Below are positions 1 to 11,329 of a stretch of 52,325 nt of DNA, in pieces. A model generated the notes under the pieces. That model worked only from the letters and a program-made list of their open reading frames with translations. It searched no databases and was not told the DNA's origin. The position numbers and the translations under genes are program-made. Where the stretch lies: NCBI GenBank assembly GCA_001687465.1, contig LVLI01000261.1, positions 1 through 52,325 on the forward strand. Reading direction: 5' to 3'. Source of the DNA: Halocafeteria seosinensis (Eukaryota). The number at the start of each line of letters is the position of its first letter. The first letter of the stretch is position 1.

Positions 1-290
1 GCCCAGATTAAAGTACATCTCCTGCTCGAGATCGAAGAAGGTGCAGCTACCCAGGTCTTTCTGAAGCCACGAAGCCGGTTCCCACGTCCGTGCTGCCTCT
101 GGGTAGCCCTTCCAGTGGACGAGGATCCGCTTGTCGTGGAGCCTGAAGTCGATAAATATATAGAAGCCGACCTCCGTAACCGTGTCCCGTAGTTTGCTCC
201 GGACTCGGACTAAATGCCACGACGACTGTTCTGTAATGTATTTATATTTGACTTCCTGAGGCCGCCGCCCAGACACACGTGGTGGGCTGC
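1..290 (-). CDS. Chromodomain-containing ORF fragment, running off the window start (host gene or chromovirus-type retroelement)
   Basis: Minus-strand frame open to position 1 reads ...FIDFRLHDKRILVHWKGYPEAARTWEPASWLQKDLG..., matching the chromodomain core (YLVKWKGY..xxTWEP). Not in the ORF track because no stop lies inside the window. Confidence 0.6.
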
Positions 291-1315
291 CCAATCAACT
301 TTCCCTGGCCAGACCGCCCACGAAGTCAGTTGTCGTTTCTAATCGTATATTTGTATTGTTTTGTTTTATTCCTGCTGGATGCTTATTGCCTACATCTGCT
401 GTACTGCTACTACACTTACTGGAAGTCGGCGGCCCCAAACTCAAACTTGATGCTCAACGGGAATCCTCATAATACGTGCGGTATATCGTGCAGAGTCACC
501 CTCAAGAGGGCTAGGGATGAGGAAAAAGTTGACTTTTGGGGAGCTCTGGTAAGCGCATCTTGTTTCCTTGGATGCCTAAATTCGTCTGAGACACTAATTG
601 TGAAACACAGGCCGATTTGCGGGAGCAGATCAATCGCGAGAAAAAAGAGAGAAAAGAAATGGAGAAGTGTTACAAGAAAACCAGTGAACAACTGAGCGAA
701 AAAATGCTAGAAATGCAAGCTCAAGCGGGGCAACGAGAAGGGGAGATGCGAACGGAAATCAGGGAGATGCGAACGGAAATCAGGGAGTTGCAAACTCGAC
801 AAAGCGAACAAGGAGAGGTATGATGTATGGGGCTTCGTACCCCCCGAACTATCAAACTTTACCGCAATAGTTTTTTATCGTGTGTTGAACAGATACTCCG
901 ACGAGTAAGTCGACAAGTAGCATGCATCGTTGGAGAAGCCTCTCCGGAACTTCAGTACTCCAATGAGTGGCATCTCGGAGATTCCCTTCCAGTTCCCCCT
1001 TTCAACCTTGAGAATACGTCACTGGCCGAGTGTGGGTGAGCGCGGCCCTGGGGAGATCTTCGATATCTTCGACGGCGTGAAGATCCCCCAACTACATTTC
1101 CACTTAGCCGGTAGGCAATAAATAATACATACTACTGGTCACTGTGCTCGCTGAAGTTGCCCCTAACGAAACCACGGCACATGCATGGCTGGAGTCGCTC
1201 CAAAACATGGAAACCAAACAACTAGCCCTTGAACGTATCCGTGACGACCACTAAATTATTCTCCAAAGGTAATAAACTTCACATTTTGCGCTCACTAGTG
1301 ACCAATACCCGTAGT
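268..1315 (+). repeat. Tandem duplication copy A; spliced coiled-coil gene of unknown family (possibly degenerate)
   Basis: Long near-identical blocks with 1744-3004 (e.g. GGAGCTCTGGTAAGCGCATCTTGTTTCCTTGGATGCCTAAATTCGTCTGAGACACT; CTAAATTATTCTCC.AAGGTAATAAACT). Removing GT-AG introns gives ...FWGAL|ADLREQINREKKERKEMEK...QSEQGE|ILRRVSRQ... Confidence 0.8.
741..782 (+). repeat. 21-bp tandem duplication (one heptad, EMRTEIR x2) present only in copy A
   Basis: GGGAGATGCGAACGGAAATCA occurs twice in tandem; copy B has a single unit. Confidence 0.9.
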
Positions 1316-1743
1316 GTCAGGGGTCTGTATACAGTATCTGCAGTATCTTCCGCTATTGTCTCGAATACCAGTAGTGCTTCATTATCCTCATCCTCTTAAT
1401 GTCCCGCGCCCCGAAACACCCACACTCCAACCTGTGGTTCACCTCAAACTGTGTTCGCAATCCGAATATGAAGGGAAGGACCAACTATCTCCATTGTATC
1501 GGAAATCTCCATTGTGGATTCTTTCCGACGTGAAGTTCAATCATATGTTGAAGTTGGGATGGAAGAATCGAGGCAGAGGCTCTGCCGCAGAGGTCACTTC
1601 CATTCCCCTCTCCGATATCACGACTCGGATAGACGAGAGCATCAATCGGATCAAAGATGAGACCTGCCCATCCTTTATGAATAGGAAGGAGAACATGTAA
1701 GTCGCCATAGCGTAATAACTCCACTTCGTAAAATTCTCGTTGG

Positions 1744-3004
1744 TCCAGACAGACGTGGCGGGGNGGCACTCAGTGCAACCGCCGGCAACCGGGAACTTTT
1801 CCCCCACCCGTGAAGTCAGCTGTCGTTTCTAATAGTATTTCTAATCGTATATGTGTCTTGTTTTGTTTCATTCCTACCGGATGCTTATTGCCTACATCCT
1901 GCTCTGTTGCTACTACTTACATTGTACTGGAAGCGGCCGGCTCCAAACTCCAACTTGAGGCTCACGGGAAATCTGGGAAATACTGTACACTGTTGACTTC
2001 ATTAATACGTATGTGGTGCAGAGTCAATACTCTCAAGAGAGCTAGGGATGAGGAAAAAGCTGGCTTTTGGGGAGCTCTGGTAAGCGCATCTTGTTTCCTT
2101 GGATGCCTAAATTCGTCTGAGACACTCAAATTGTGAAACACAGGCCGATTTGCGGGAGCAGATGAAAGAAGAGAGAAAAGAAATGGAGGAGTATTACAAG
2201 AAAACCAGTGAACAACTGAGCGAAGAAATGCTAGAAATGCAAGCTCAAGCGGGGCAACGAGAAGGGGAGATGCAAACGGAAATCAGGGAGTTGCAAACTC
2301 GACAAAGCGAACAAGAAGAGGTACATGTATGATGTATGGAGCTTCGTACCCCCCGAACTATCAAACTTTACCGTGATAGTTTTTTATTGTGTGTTGAACA
2401 GACACTCCGGCGCGTAAGTCGACAACTAGGATTCATCTTTGTGCGGGGACTCTTCAACTACGAGCAATGGCAACTGCTGCAAGCAGCAGGTAAGGTTATC
2501 GTTAAGTACAATACCAACCCTGTTGTTGACTTGTATTACATTGTCCTCGTTGACCGCGTACAGGGTTGGAGAAGTTGAGCAAGCTACATGAGCTGCGGGA
2601 GCGCCAAGAAGGCCCTGGTCATGCGACTGTACCCAAAAGAGAGAAGAGTCTTGTGACCTGGCTCTACCACAGTCGGGACGGTAAGAAAGTGAGGGATAGC
2701 GTCGCCGCCGTTCACCACGCTGCGGTTGGAGCAGCACATCCGGAACTTCAGTACTCTTCACGGGATAGTGAATGGCATCGCAGAGAGTCTGCTCCAGTTC
2801 CCCCTTTCAACCCCGAGAGGCCACCGATCACTGTGTTCCGTGAAGTTGCCCCTGACAATAGCACGGCAGATGCATGGTGGTACTCGGTCCAATGCATGCG
2901 AACCAAAAGACGTAACCTTTTAGGTATCCTTCACGACGACTAAATTATTCTCCGAAGGTAATAAACTACACGTTTTATGCTCACTAGGGGCCAATACCAG
3001 TAGC
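1744..3004 (+). repeat. Tandem duplication copy B; spliced coiled-coil gene of unknown family (longer copy, stop at 2943)
   Basis: Paralogous to 268-1315. Carries an extra ~300 bp coding segment (GFIFVRGLFNYEQW...VAAVHHAAV) absent from copy A. A single N at 1764 lies near its start. Confidence 0.8.
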
Positions 3005-3604
3005 GAGTCAGTACACTCTCGTTTCAACCATCCACAGTGTTTCAGTCGATAGATGATGGAAATAAAGGAGCAAGAACAGATTTAATAAATATAAGAGATA
3101 GATTACAAAATCGAGAAAGTATATGTATTCTATAACATCATCGAGGGGTATTCGGCGCGTTACATCTCTATAATCGCTACTTTAGCTTCCATGTCTCAAG
3201 CAAACCTCTCTACGTACAGTAATGCTTTCTATCCTGCTAATCGCTAGCACTGCGGTCCTTCCAATAATTCGGTGATTCTGAACCGTAAGGAATCCAACGA
3301 GTCGTAGCCTTGGAAATCCACGACTACTTGCTCATAATGAACGACTTCAGTGGGACTTTCGGAGGCTTGATATAGCCTAGGACCGCCCCGACTTGCGCAA
3401 TAAACGGTCTGTCTGTTCATGGAAGCCACCATTATTTTACGACGGCACGGACGTTACGTACTGCAAGAAACGCGTTCAGGCGCTACACTTCAGAACAATG
3501 AGTGAGTGAGAGTGAGTCGGCCTGTAGAGCTGCCACAGCTTATCCATGGTAGAAACACCTGTTGCTGGCCGCGCCTATGGGGCAAGCACGGATTCTACAT
3601 GAAG

Positions 3605-6306
3605 TCAATGACCCGCAGCTGTGAGAGAAGCTGTTACTATACTCATCACTCCTTCTCCTAACACTAAACCACTGGCAACCAGAATAAGATACTTTTTGTG
3701 GACCTCTGGGTGACGCTTTTCTAGCCACACTTGAAATATTCCGCCAATCACGCGGGCAATAGTCCAGTTTGGAGTGACATACATTCCTACGGCTATTGCA
3801 ATGCCTGAAGGGAGATAGTTCCGGATCCTTCGCGGAAGATAAAAGTTGCACACTGCCAGGATTACGGTGACGACGGCAGAAATAGTTGCCACAGGCATCA
3901 CCTCAGGAGGAAGACCAGCTCCGTTTACAATGCGGGCCATGTCCAACCAAATGGCAGCTGCAGCGCACGACCAGAAAATTGTGAGTGACCTCATAGATTA
4001 GCAGAGTGTTGTGTACATACCTGTCGGTACTTGAAATATGGGACCGGGTATAGTGTATGCTGTTGTGTAGAGCCAGTAGGCAGCTAACGTGAAAAAGACG
4101 GAAATCAGGGACCCAATGAGCTGAGTATGAAGGCCGTATAGATTGAGGTAATGACACCCTGCCGATAACAACGGTCATACGTACCTGGGCCAAAAATTGT
4201 GCACGAGGAGATGCTTTAAGGAGATGGCCTGTCTTCAAATCCTGCATCATGTCTCCCGCTTGTTGAGCACCTGCGCAAGCAGTGAGAACTTGCACGCCAA
4301 GAACTCGTGCCATCTGATGCCTCGGTGAGCACATACCAGCTTCCGCTATGGCCCCAGCGAGTAAGTTGGATAGAACGTTACCTGGCGAGATACCAGCAAA
4401 CACAGCTTGTGATAATTTTCCAACCCCAGAAACAGGATTCAAGTCTGCACGGTGGCAGCAACAGCAAGACTCCATTTGCTTGGGAATGGATGCGAGTAAG
4501 CAAGACGGGCCATCACATAACACCTTACCAGTTTCGCCAAGTGCTCGAACAGCAAGTACCGCTACAATTAAGGCAAGGATTACAGCCACAAGAGGTTCAT
4601 ATACCTTCATGTTGAATACTGGGCTAACAATAGCAACACATAGTCCCGTTGAAAGAACAAGACCTGCAACCCACCACCACCGGGGAACCTGGTGATGCTC
4701 TGGGGCAGGGTCTACCACTAGTGGCTCCGGAGGACCGTCATAACTAGCCACCGTATTATCCCTAGAAAAGCGATTACGGACAGACTGTGTTTCTACTGAT
4801 GTTTCACGAGTCTCTTCTTGATTTTCGGCGGAATCCAGGTAGTTGGTGGAGGTAGAGCGACGTCCTATGGAGCCCCGGTGAAACTGGCCGCTACATGTAT
4901 TGTCGTCTAGCAGAGGGCGTTTGTCTCCCGTGAGAGGACAAATACTGACATTTGACGCCTTGTAGGAGGTCATAACGACCCTGTACGATATAATGCTTAA
5001 ACCTGTTAAACTATCTGCTAACATAACTGCCAGAGAAATCCACGTAATAAACCCCTTCGCACCGTTTTCCCAGCTGTTTATGTCGCCTGGAGCCCATCCT
5101 CTAGACTTTGAAATAGGCCCAAGGATTGCCCATCCAACAATAGATCCTAGGAGCATGCTCAATACTGTCCGACTTCCCATTATCATTCCTTGCCCCAAGT
5201 AACCACCTGAAGGAGTAATCGTCCATTGAAAGCTCGTTGCAGCTTGAAAGCCAACCCAACTGAAAACTTTTAAATTCTCGATGGCGGGAAGAAAGTGCAT
5301 ACACAGAGTTATAGTCCCTGCTCCTAAGAAGGTTACCGCTAGTACCATCCACTTCCAATTCCATTCTCTTCTCAGAGCAGCTTCTTCTTGAGAAAAAGTA
5401 GGACCTCCATCGTCCTCTTTTCCCACGTGGGAGTCGGAGTGATCAAGCAACTGCTGGTCGGAATTTGCTGAGTCCCTTTCAGCTTGGTCTCCCTCGCTCT
5501 TGGTAGCATCCCCGTCTGTACGTTGTGAGGTACCCGAAGAAATGCTATACTGAGTACTAGACTCTCCGGAATCATCCTGCGATGGAAGCCGATGCAGTAT
5601 GCGGATCATCGCTGCTGTAGCTACTGCCGACGGAAAGCGTAACTTTTCTCTAAGTATAGTCTGTGTCCTCAAGGGGACAGCGAAAAACACCCCAAAGAAC
5701 GCTAATGCCATTGCCCACAAGAATTGTTGCCCAAGGGATAGCTTCAGTGGCCCTCCTTCATTTTCATCCATCTGTTCGAGCGCGGGTATGATTCCTACAA
5801 ACCCTCCAGCAAGTGGCATTGTGGCACAGGCTACACCAGTTGTTTGTAAAAGTACGTTCTCAATCGGAGTAAAGTTCTGGCCGAATTTAGTGCATTTGGA
5901 TAAAAGATGAAATAAACCGTATCCGAGCACTGAGCTTTGCAAGGAACCCATGGTAACCCATCCTCTGCAAACCAAATTTTCATCGAAGCGCACCTACTTC
6001 GTAAAAATGAGCACCACATAGGCGCGAAAAGAATACGTACGTCTGAAGACCGAAATACATATTGGAAAAGCACATAATACCTCCAATTACAATCCCGCCG
6101 GCAATTGCTCTCCACGAAAAATGGGAGTCTCGTCTGTCCTGCTCCTCAGGGGAGCCTCTTTCCTGAGGAACAGACTCCTCGGCTTCATTGTGAACGGAGG
6201 ACGGCTGTATATCTTCCTCTATCGTCTCGAATAGTGCTGCGTTCTCCTCATCCTCTTCATGTTCCATGCGATGAGATTTTGTGAAGTGGTTCTCGGCGCT
6301 CGCCAT
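3605..6306 (-). CDS. Oligopeptide transporter, OPT/YSL family (multi-exon)
   Basis: Motifs FSWRAIAGG..NMYFGLQ, NFTPIENVLLQT, FFGVFFAVPLR..LRFPSAVATA, RALGETDLNPVSG, AGDMMQDLKTGHLLKASPRAQF, ASGLVLGEG; many TM segments; GT-AG introns. Confidence 0.93.
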
Positions 6307-7083
6307 CTCGCATCAACACTATGTGGGGACCGTTTGTACTAAGCAGCAAACAAAACAATAAACTAGCCAATCGTGCCGTATAGAAAAGTGAAGTGACAAG
6401 TGTATTCTGACGTGGATGATATGCCAAGTTGAAGTTTAGGGAATCCTTCAATCACGGCTGCAGGACCGGAGTACCATGGTAGGTATAGTATGGCCCGGAC
6501 TCCTGAAGCGACGGATAAACAACACAGCTCCATTCGCAAAAAAATCGTTTCCACTTCTCTCCAAATAACTCAGAGCTGGATGGCAACCGTTGCTTGATAA
6601 AATCCTGCTGGAGTTCCTTCTCAGGAATCCGAGATTCCTGGCCTCGCCACTGCGGAACTACTGGTACCTGCTCGGTTACGTCCTACCCTACAACGGCCGC
6701 TTCGCATGAACAAAGGGACCAAAATGAAGCAAAAGAGGAGGAAGAAGATATTGCAAGTAAGTATCCGTGCTCGAGTTTTGGTAAAACCGGAGAATATGCA
6801 GATATACGCGCGTATCTTTTTCTGCTCCAGCGGTGCTTGCTTCGATTGGGCGCTGTGGATATAGACCTCCCGTCGAAACGTTGTCTCCGCGGTCAACGCT
6901 CTACACACAGAGTAAAAAAAACGTGTGGCACCAACAAGCAAATTCTACTCTCTTCGTAGCAATGTATGCCGTTTGCGCGCTGGCGGACGTGGATACGGAC
7001 TGTTTGCACACTGCTCATCAGCAGCAAAATTCCGGGGATTTCGCGAAATTCCTTCCTATCATGACGCTCTACCATGCCTAGGT

Positions 7084-8429
7084 TCACTCAAATCTGGATA
7101 GATAACGCTCTTCGATGTCACCAATGCTTTCTATACCTGGCAGTGTTACAGCTCCCCGAGGATCCAACGACTGAGACTCATCCACGCCTAAGGTCTTGCC
7201 CTCATTCAGCATCCCAAACACGTACCCATTAGCTCTATCGATAGACTTAACTAATTTCAACATCAACTCTTTATCCTGTTACAGAAAACAAAAACAAAAA
7301 ACAGAGACTGCCACGGTATGCCGGTTGAAAGTTGGTGTCCTCCCAATATACGTACTTCCACGTTCAATACCTCAAATGACAATATATTGAAATCTTCAAT
7401 GATTTCGCAAATGCGTTCATGAAATGCCTTCCATTTCCTCCTTTTCTCTCTGTACTCCGACAGGTTGTGCGAACCGTGGTCTGTAACCCTCAACAAAGCG
7501 AGGAGCTGCGTAAAACCTTACTTCTGATACGTTGTCATGGTATCCTCTCTTTCCGTTTCGTTCCCGACACCCGGCGCCGGTAGAGTATCAATAAGCTGCC
7601 TAATATCAAGTATTTCAGTGTAAAAATCAAGTCCGAACTCGAGTGGACCATACTGTTCGACAATGTCAATTTTCGAGAGCACATTAACGTGAGGCAGTTC
7701 GATTCTAGTCATGGTTGTCAATGCCAGCAGACATGCAGACACAAACTTGGCCGGGTCACTACAATGATGCGCATCTGTCAAATGCACACTGACAAGCTGC
7801 ATGGGAAGAAACAATTCATTGTAACCCCTTGAAGCACTTGCGTAACCTGACCGAACGACAACTTACTCTAAAATTCAAGTGCTTCTGCAACCTTTGGACG
7901 ATGTTGGAAAAGCAAGAGTAGTGCGTATACAACTCAACTTGCCCAGGGCAATCGAAGACAAAGTAATGCTCTGTGGTACATGTCCGAATATCACCATAAT
8001 ACTCCCTAACACTTCCCACTTGCTGGGGTTGCTTGAGCTCTTACCGGGGTACGAATTCAGCTGATTTTGGAGCCATTCAAAGTTTTCCTCCAGGTATTCC
8101 ATGCAGTACACAAGGGCTCCATTGGGTCCAAGATCATACGCCTCCATTACATCCGTCACTTGTATCAGATCGAAAATGTCAATGAAGTTATCACTGGGAG
8201 GCTGAGGTGCTGTGGGCGCTGAAGCACTTTGGTCGCCCTCTTCCTCTCGTTTTGGTATGCGATGCTGGATGGCTTCGGCAACATTGACAGCCTGGGGACT
8301 GTCGTTGGCCGGATCCAAGTTCACCAGAACCGTGGGGCGCCCCAGACCCCGTAGGAATTGGCTTAATCCCTGGCAGAACGTGGTTTTTCCAGAGCCCGGA
8401 GGCCCAATGGCTATCGTCCCAAAGGGCAT
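7084..8429 (-). CDS. GPN2: GPN-loop GTPase 2 (multi-exon)
   Basis: MPFG..IGPPGSGKTTFC, VNLDPAND, LGPNGALVYCMEYLE, FDCPGQVELYTH, ELPHVNVLSKID, IDRANGYVFG. Confidence 0.9.
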
Positions 8430-8438
8430 AGCAGCTGC

Positions 8439-8440
<2 letters not shown>

Positions 8441-8469
<29 letters not shown>
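8441..8469. repeat. (AT)14 microsatellite just upstream of the GPN2 start codon
   Basis: Uninterrupted AT dinucleotide run seen directly. Confidence 0.95.
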
Positions 8470-8471
<2 letters not shown>

Positions 8472-8599
8472 ACTTGCGCTTTGATTTTACAAGAAATGGA
8501 CCAATATGACAACTCATTCAACAGTTGGTGGATTACCGCGTGCGTCTATTGGGGAACTCAACAAAGATATTTCTTACATCGAAACTACTGCGGCACCGC

Positions 8600-10570
8600 T
8601 TACTTGGTCTCATCGAACAAGGGAGCCGCTCGATTATCTGGAGGGACGTACCATCTTACACTGTCACTGTAAGGAGAAGCACTGGACGCTTCACCTGACT
8701 CTGCGGCAGTGTGGTAGTAGGAACCCAGACCATCGTGTTGTACAGTTTCGCTTGTCTCGCTCTGATGAGTGTAGTCATCTATTTTCTGGCAAAGATCGAA
8801 GATTCCGTCAAATGTTGATGCACACTTTCCCGGATGTTCCCGTTTGGGTCGAGCGTTTGCTCCTCTTATGAGACGGTCTAGTCCGGATAATTTGCCGTTC
8901 ACGAAGTCTTCACCGCGCAGCAGTTGTACCTCGTGAAACCCAAGGTTCAGCTTCTTGGAAATGGGCGTACAAATATGCCGGTATTGCCGGTATAATGCCC
9001 GTTCTCTGAACAAGTAGAACGCAAAGCAGTCAGTCAAAAGACGAGCCACAAAGATCAGTACAAGGGATGAAACGATTTGGATAAGCAAATTTGGAAACTT
9101 AAAGAAACCTATCGTGGCTGGCTGAACCACAAATACTTGGACTCCAGTTCGCTGCAACAGAGTCCGCTGTTCGCCCGAGAGGATTCCTTCTTTGGGGGGA
9201 AATACTTGGGAAATATTGAAAGGGGCGTTGGGGACTTGATTAGCAGAGATCTTATAACTGCATTTGCTAATTTCCAACATGTAGAGCACTGTCAGTTATG
9301 GCTTGATGCGGTCAACTTACGATACTCTATCAGAATTGTAGCTATCCATGTTACTATACGATATTCTCAGGCCCACAACGGTTCCCGTCACCCTGCAATA
9401 TGTACAACATACACCTTGGGCTTCAATTTGCGTTGTTGGCAGTATTTGTTCACATACCTCGCATTTTGTTGAGAGAAATCTTCGCCGACTGCACTACACC
9501 AGTCCAATACTCTTCGTATATATATGTTGTATACATATACCTTTCCTAGCTAAACTCTGACGTACTCGGGGAGTCCAAGGAATCGATGCCCGCGATGTCT
9601 AAAATAGCTTCCAATGGTACGACGTCGAACGTATCACCTGTAAGCGATCTACGGACATCCTCCGGGCATGGCAAGTTCCTCCTTTGATACGGCGTGCACG
9701 GATTATATTTGTTTCCGTTGGGATCGACCATGTTCCCATGAAGTTGAAAACTAGTGTAGTCTTTATTCTTTGAAGGAACCTCAACTCCATGCTCGATTTT
9801 CAGCTGCGCCAATCACAGAAACCCTCTTTTTTATGCAGCTTCTCTGAAGGGCACGTGTTCACATACTTTGAACAGCTCCACATTGGCCACAAAGAAGCTT
9901 GTTGCTTCGTCGGGTTCAGAATGATAGGGACAGGTTTGTAAATTGTTTCGATCCCAGCAACGGTCAAGATCAATTGTCTGATTCACGACTTTCCCATGAG
10001 TCGTCAAAGAAATACTACCTGGTGTGCCATTATGGAGTTGCAACGGATAATACCCTAACAGCAGTAGGAGATTACGGCCAACTTACGTCCCTGGCTGGGT
10101 GGATACACTGCAAATTCGGCTTGCCAATTAAAGCACGGAATGTCTTGTGCACTGTTACAGTACGACAATTTATCCGCTTCTTGGGCTTCGTTTCCTTGAG
10201 GATTGTGGAACTGCGTTACCGCACAACACAATGTACGTCCGCAGACGGAGCTTCATTAGCACTTCCTTACCGCCATAGTGGCCGCTCCAACGCTCTCGTG
10301 AATATGTCGGTAGGCTTTATTGAGGATTATATTGTATCTGCAGGGAGATAATGCACACGCAATCTGCGCACATAAACAGGCTAGTTTCCGAGGGATAACA
10401 TACATTCCAATATAGGCGAAGATCCCCGTGACAAATAGCCGATACAACAGGCCTAGCCGCCAATCCTGGATGACGACCTTTCGATCAGCCTTGTAGGTAA
10501 ACCAATGGTCGGCATTCCAATTCCACTTCCGGTGGAGACCGGAGTTCTTGAGCCTATTAAAGCACCCCAT
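8600..10570 (-). CDS. P2X receptor-like trimeric cation channel, paralog 1 (multi-exon)
   Basis: FTYKADRKVVIQDWRLGLLYRLF (pre-TM1/TM1), Cys-containing ectodomain, FFVANVELFK|LKIEH, RVTGTVVGLRISYSN, RTLLQRTGVQVF..IGFFKFPNLLIQIVSSLVLIFVARLLTD..LYRQYR (TM2 and C-terminal YxxxK/R). Confidence 0.85.
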
Positions 10571-11329
10571 TACCAGTAGTGCATTATGTTATGCAGAGAA
10601 AGAGCAAGATGGACGAAGCCTTGTAGAGCCCTCGCCGAAGCGACAGTATCCGCGCACTCTTACTAACAACGCCTGGATGAGTTTCACTGCTACAAACAGT
10701 ACCGCATATGCTGAGAATCTGGCGAGATATAGATGCAGAATGTCACCGGTTCACAAACTTCTTGTGAGGTACTAACTTCAAGCATCACCGGGTAAACTGT
10801 ATCGTATCATGAGTCTGTATGGATTGGTTTTGGGAGATGTAGTACAGGAGGAATCCTCGCTCCAATATCTTTTTGTTTGTGGGTCGTTTTATGGGAAACG
10901 AAAGGGGCCAGTTTAGTATGGCATTTGTTCGAAGCCATGGCTTTAACTTAGGGAGAGGGTGGGATTACGTTGCATGTGTTGAAGGGTATCACGTGGGTGG
11001 GTGTATGCGGCTGCCGTAGATTTCCCGGGCATTTCTTTTCGTTGATAACGCACCAGGAAAGAGGAGTTCTAAGAAAAATGAGAGCCAAGAAGTGTAAAAA
11101 GGCCACAACTAAAGGGAGCAAGAAGATGAAAAGTACCAGGATTGGTCATCGGAACATCTTCATGGTTAAGATGATGACGCTGTCGAAAGTTCGGGAAGTT
11201 GAACTTCCCCTGGAACTTGAAAAAAAAGCGAAAAATCTTCTTGACGCATACGGGGTATGATACCGTATAGTATACTTAGTCAAGGGTTCAAAGGCTGCTC
11301 ATTTCTTTCTACAGTTTAATTTTGGTTCA

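Noticed and set aside
3903..5993. 696-aa ORF as a single-exon protein
   Set aside because: It reads through several short in-frame introns (e.g. GKVLCDGPSCLL..CCCCHRA interrupts the conserved GETDLNP motif). The real product is the spliced OPT transporter.
6560..7080. Short ORFs between the OPT and GPN2 genes
   Set aside because: No coherent frame or homology signal; likely promoter/UTR or unrecognisable relic.
11187..11218. Inverted repeat AAGTTC-GGGAAGTT-G-AACTTCCC-CTG-GAACTT as a terminator
   Set aside because: Intrinsic terminators are a bacterial feature. This is a eukaryotic 3' region and a lone hairpin has no assignable function.
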